Source: Giardia intestinalis (taxonomy: Eukaryota). Taken from it: a stretch of 64,000 bases of DNA. The notes beneath the pieces are model-generated. The model was given only the letters and a program-made list of their open reading frames with translations. It made no database searches and was not told the DNA's origin. The translations under genes were made by a program, and so were the position numbers. Below, one piece after another: positions 61,418 to 64,000 of this stretch; the stretch's first letter is position 1, and the number at the start of each line of letters is the position of its first letter. The stretch lies in the NCBI GenBank assembly GCA_000002435.2, contig CM018793.1, one strand, 5' to 3'.

Positions 61418-64000
61418 CACCGCCCCATACCCCCGCCCCACCCACCAGCCGGCCCACTGAGACACAGGTGACTGGACTGTGGGAGCGCTGACTCGAGCCA
61501 CAGCTGCCCGGACACCGAGGGCCCAGCCAGCGGAGAGCCCGGTGGCAGCCCCTGACAGACGGGGCATCTAAAAAAGGACGGCGACCGGAGCTTCACCCAC
61601 CACGAAGGAAGACCAACGAGAGGCGCCACTGGTGGACGATGCAAATGGATAGGTAAGCTGAATCCCAGGGTGAGTGACGCACACACTCGGATTGAGTACA
61701 CCCCCGCGAAATGGCAGAGGAGCGCACCAGGCTCTGGATATATCACTGGAGAGGACTCTCCGTCATGTTATTCATGACCAACCCTCGTCTCCGGACTAGT
61801 CAGAAAGGAGCGGACTCACTCACACGATCTCTGGGCGATCCTCAGATAGCCCCGGCAGAATAGCGTAATAAGCCATATACAGTGACGTGTTTACTACCTA
61901 AGTCTACGCCTTTCCACGGCAGATAAACCACCAGCAGAGGAAGCCGACGAGGCCACCTACAACAACAATCACAGCCACGGAGATCCCCGCGATGGCACCC
62001 GTGGAGAGGCCGCTCTTGTTCGTGCTTCCACCTGTGTTGTCGCCAGTGCCATCGTCGGTCTCTTGTCGCGTTATGTAGCAGATGACAGATCCTTGACCAT
62101 TAGATGGAGGAGCACAGCTTACGCAATTAGCGACACCGGTAATTTGGCTGTTATTAGTATCGCATCTTGCGCAGCTATCCCCAGATTTATAGTATCCAGG
62201 GAAACACTCTGAGCATGCTTTGGGACTACCACTAGTTGCGCACTTTGAGCAGCCAGCTGGACATGCTGGGCAAGAACCCAAATTGCTATCTGCTGTTTGC
62301 CCATTGGCGCATGTTGTGCACTTTCCACTAGCAGCGATAGAGCAGAGGGTATTACCAGGATACGTTGTTGACTGATAGCACCCACCAGATTGTAAGAAAT
62401 ATGTACCTGTGCAGGCCGTACATGTCCCATCGTTTCCTGCTGTGCATCCAGTTACTGCTCTTGAAGCCGTCGATACACAGACGCCATCCACTGGGGCAAA
62501 TCCAACCTTACACCTGCTGCAATACTTGGAGCTACCTATAACGGCCGTGCATTGGTCAGCTTCGCAGTTCTCTGCGTACTCTCCAGTGCACTCGGGAACG
62601 CACATGCCCATGTTGCCAGTTTCACCGCGCTTTAATACAAACCCTGGATAACAAACTGTACAAAAGTTGGCTCCTGCATTACCATCACATTCTGCACATG
62701 TACTATGACATAAAGGACAAATATTGCCAGAATCAGCATGTGTTCCAGGAGGACAGCTATCCAAACATGCGTCTCTTAGAGGACTGAGCCATTTAGTATT
62801 ACATTCAGTGCATACGATCTCTACTCCTGCCTTCGCAGACGTTGTTTTGAGAGAACACTTTTTGCAGTCATCTATGCCACCATTTGTAGCTGCACTGCAA
62901 GCGATACATTTCTTGACCTCATCAACAATAGTTGGGAAGTATCCGTCACCGCACCCCGTTTCTGTGACGCAACTAGAAGGAGTCGCATCCGCAGCTGGTT
63001 TTAGATAGAAATTTGCAACGCATTCAGTGCATGTCGCAGGAGTGTTTTGCGTATTAGATGACGTGCACTTAGCACAGTTGTCAACTCCGTGCCAGCCTTC
63101 CTCTGTTTTAGAGTTACATTTAAGGCACTTACCTGCGGCTCCATTGGTTGCTCCAAGGAAGTAGCCATCTGTACACGACTTGCACTTATTCTCTTCTGCA
63201 GCTTCACATGTCCTACAACTTTCATGGCATTTTTCACAAGTAGCACCAAAGTACCCGTCTTCACAGGTTGTGCACGTTGCAGCACCAGCGCCACCGGGAG
63301 CATCACATACTAGGCACTTAGCAACACCCTTATACTGAGTACTACTAAGTGTTACGCCTATTTCATCACCGCACCAAACGACAGAATCATGAGTATCGTC
63401 TGTATTTGCTGGTGGAATGAAGTAGTTCTTCGCATCAGCAGCTTGCGTACACTTGCCACCAGCAGCCTGCTTGCACATTTTAGTACCAGTACCCGGTCCA
63501 GCTGCACCGGCCAGATAACATCCGCCTTTGTACATGAAGTATGCGTCTACGCATTTTCCACATGTTTTATCAGTGTCATCTACTGCTTGTCCTTCAGCCT
63601 TTGTACATTTACCAGCGGCACTACCAACTGCTGTACATACTCCATCAATTGGGACTTTTCCTGCTGTGCACTGAGTGCAAATTTCGGTGTCTCCGATCAT
63701 TTCGCACTTATCCTCTACACAATTTTGTGCTTGCTTGCATGCTGCCGCGAGAGCACTCAACACAAGATAGAATACTACCAACAACATTGAAGTTCTGTTC
63801 GGGTTATGCCAATGCGGAAACAAAATTTTGTCAGCAATCCTATGTTCAGCCAATAGAACAATGCATTTGTCAGATATTGTGTTAAAGATCCAAAGAACTT
63901 GATCCGGTGCCAACCTTGCCGTCATGACAAAACATGGATCTAATTACTGCTTAGACAGCAAGCGATCTGCCGTCCTTGCATCCCTGGGAACCGGCCCCTG
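61418..64000. repeat. Right arm of the inverted repeat (carries VSP copy 2); truncated by the window end
   Basis: Reverse complement of 57138..59720. Identity ends at gtatggggcggtg / caccgccccatac. Confidence 0.85.
61904..63787 (-). CDS. vsp: Variant-specific surface protein (VSP), copy 2, identical inverted duplicate
   Basis: Exact reverse complement of copy 1, giving an identical 673-aa ORF translation. Tail-to-tail relative to copy 1. Confidence 0.85.
   Translation of the reverse strand: MLLVVFYLVLSALAAACKQAQNCVEDKCEMIGDTEICTQCTAGKVPIDGVCTAVGSAAGKCTKAEGQAVDDTDKTCGKCVDAYFMYKGGCYLAGAAGPGTGTKMCKQAAGGKCTQAADAKNYFIPPANTDDTHDSVVWCGDEIGVTLSSTQYKGVAKCLVCDAPGGAGAATCTTCEDGYFGATCEKCHESCRTCEAAEENKCKSCTDGYFLGATNGAAGKCLKCNSKTEEGWHGVDNCAKCTSSNTQNTPATCTECVANFYLKPAADATPSSCVTETGCGDGYFPTIVDEVKKCIACSAATNGGIDDCKKCSLKTTSAKAGVEIVCTECNTKWLSPLRDACLDSCPPGTHADSGNICPLCHSTCAECDGNAGANFCTVCYPGFVLKRGETGNMGMCVPECTGEYAENCEADQCTAVIGSSKYCSRCKVGFAPVDGVCVSTASRAVTGCTAGNDGTCTACTGTYFLQSGGCYQSTTYPGNTLCSIAASGKCTTCANGQTADSNLGSCPACPAGCSKCATSGSPKACSECFPGYYKSGDSCARCDTNNSQITGVANCVSCAPPSNGQGSVICYITRQETDDGTGDNTGGSTNKSGLSTGAIAGISVAVIVVVGGLVGFLCWWFICRGKA

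Overview
This window is compact eukaryotic nuclear DNA. By inference it is Giardia intestinalis (lamblia)-like: the genes are intronless and tightly packed (about 30 coding genes across the first ~51 kb, followed by an ORF-poor 6 kb tract) with very short AT-rich initiator regions. There are two identical cysteine-rich surface antigen genes ending in the VSP-diagnostic CRGKA tail, a CXXC/CXC-rich high-cysteine membrane protein, several 'protein 21.1'-type ankyrin-repeat proteins and a NEK-like kinase. The ORF track accepts GTG/TTG starts, so each gene start below was re-checked against the first in-frame ATG with AT-rich upstream sequence. Gene content from start to end: the 3' part of SRP-receptor alpha, a ~2155-aa class-I-like PI3K, a dual-specificity phosphatase, RNase H2A, a glycerophosphodiester phosphodiesterase, an ARL-like GTPase, a phospholipase-B-like secreted protein, a signal-peptide-bearing PPP phosphatase, Trm11 tRNA methyltransferase, a bacterial-type MTA/SAH nucleosidase, a 1627-aa GC-rich ankyrin plus coiled-coil protein (GASP-180-like), a truncated DDB1/CPSF160-family (CPSF_A) protein, a thioredoxin tandem pair, and many lineage-specific hypotheticals. 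The right third is a surface-antigen region: an HCMP gene, a ~6.2 kb ORF-poor tract, and a >2.58 kb perfect inverted duplication carrying two identical VSP genes tail-to-tail around a compositionally skewed, partly palindromic 1.7 kb spacer. No prokaryotic-style defence system, CRISPR array, rRNA or confident tRNA was seen.
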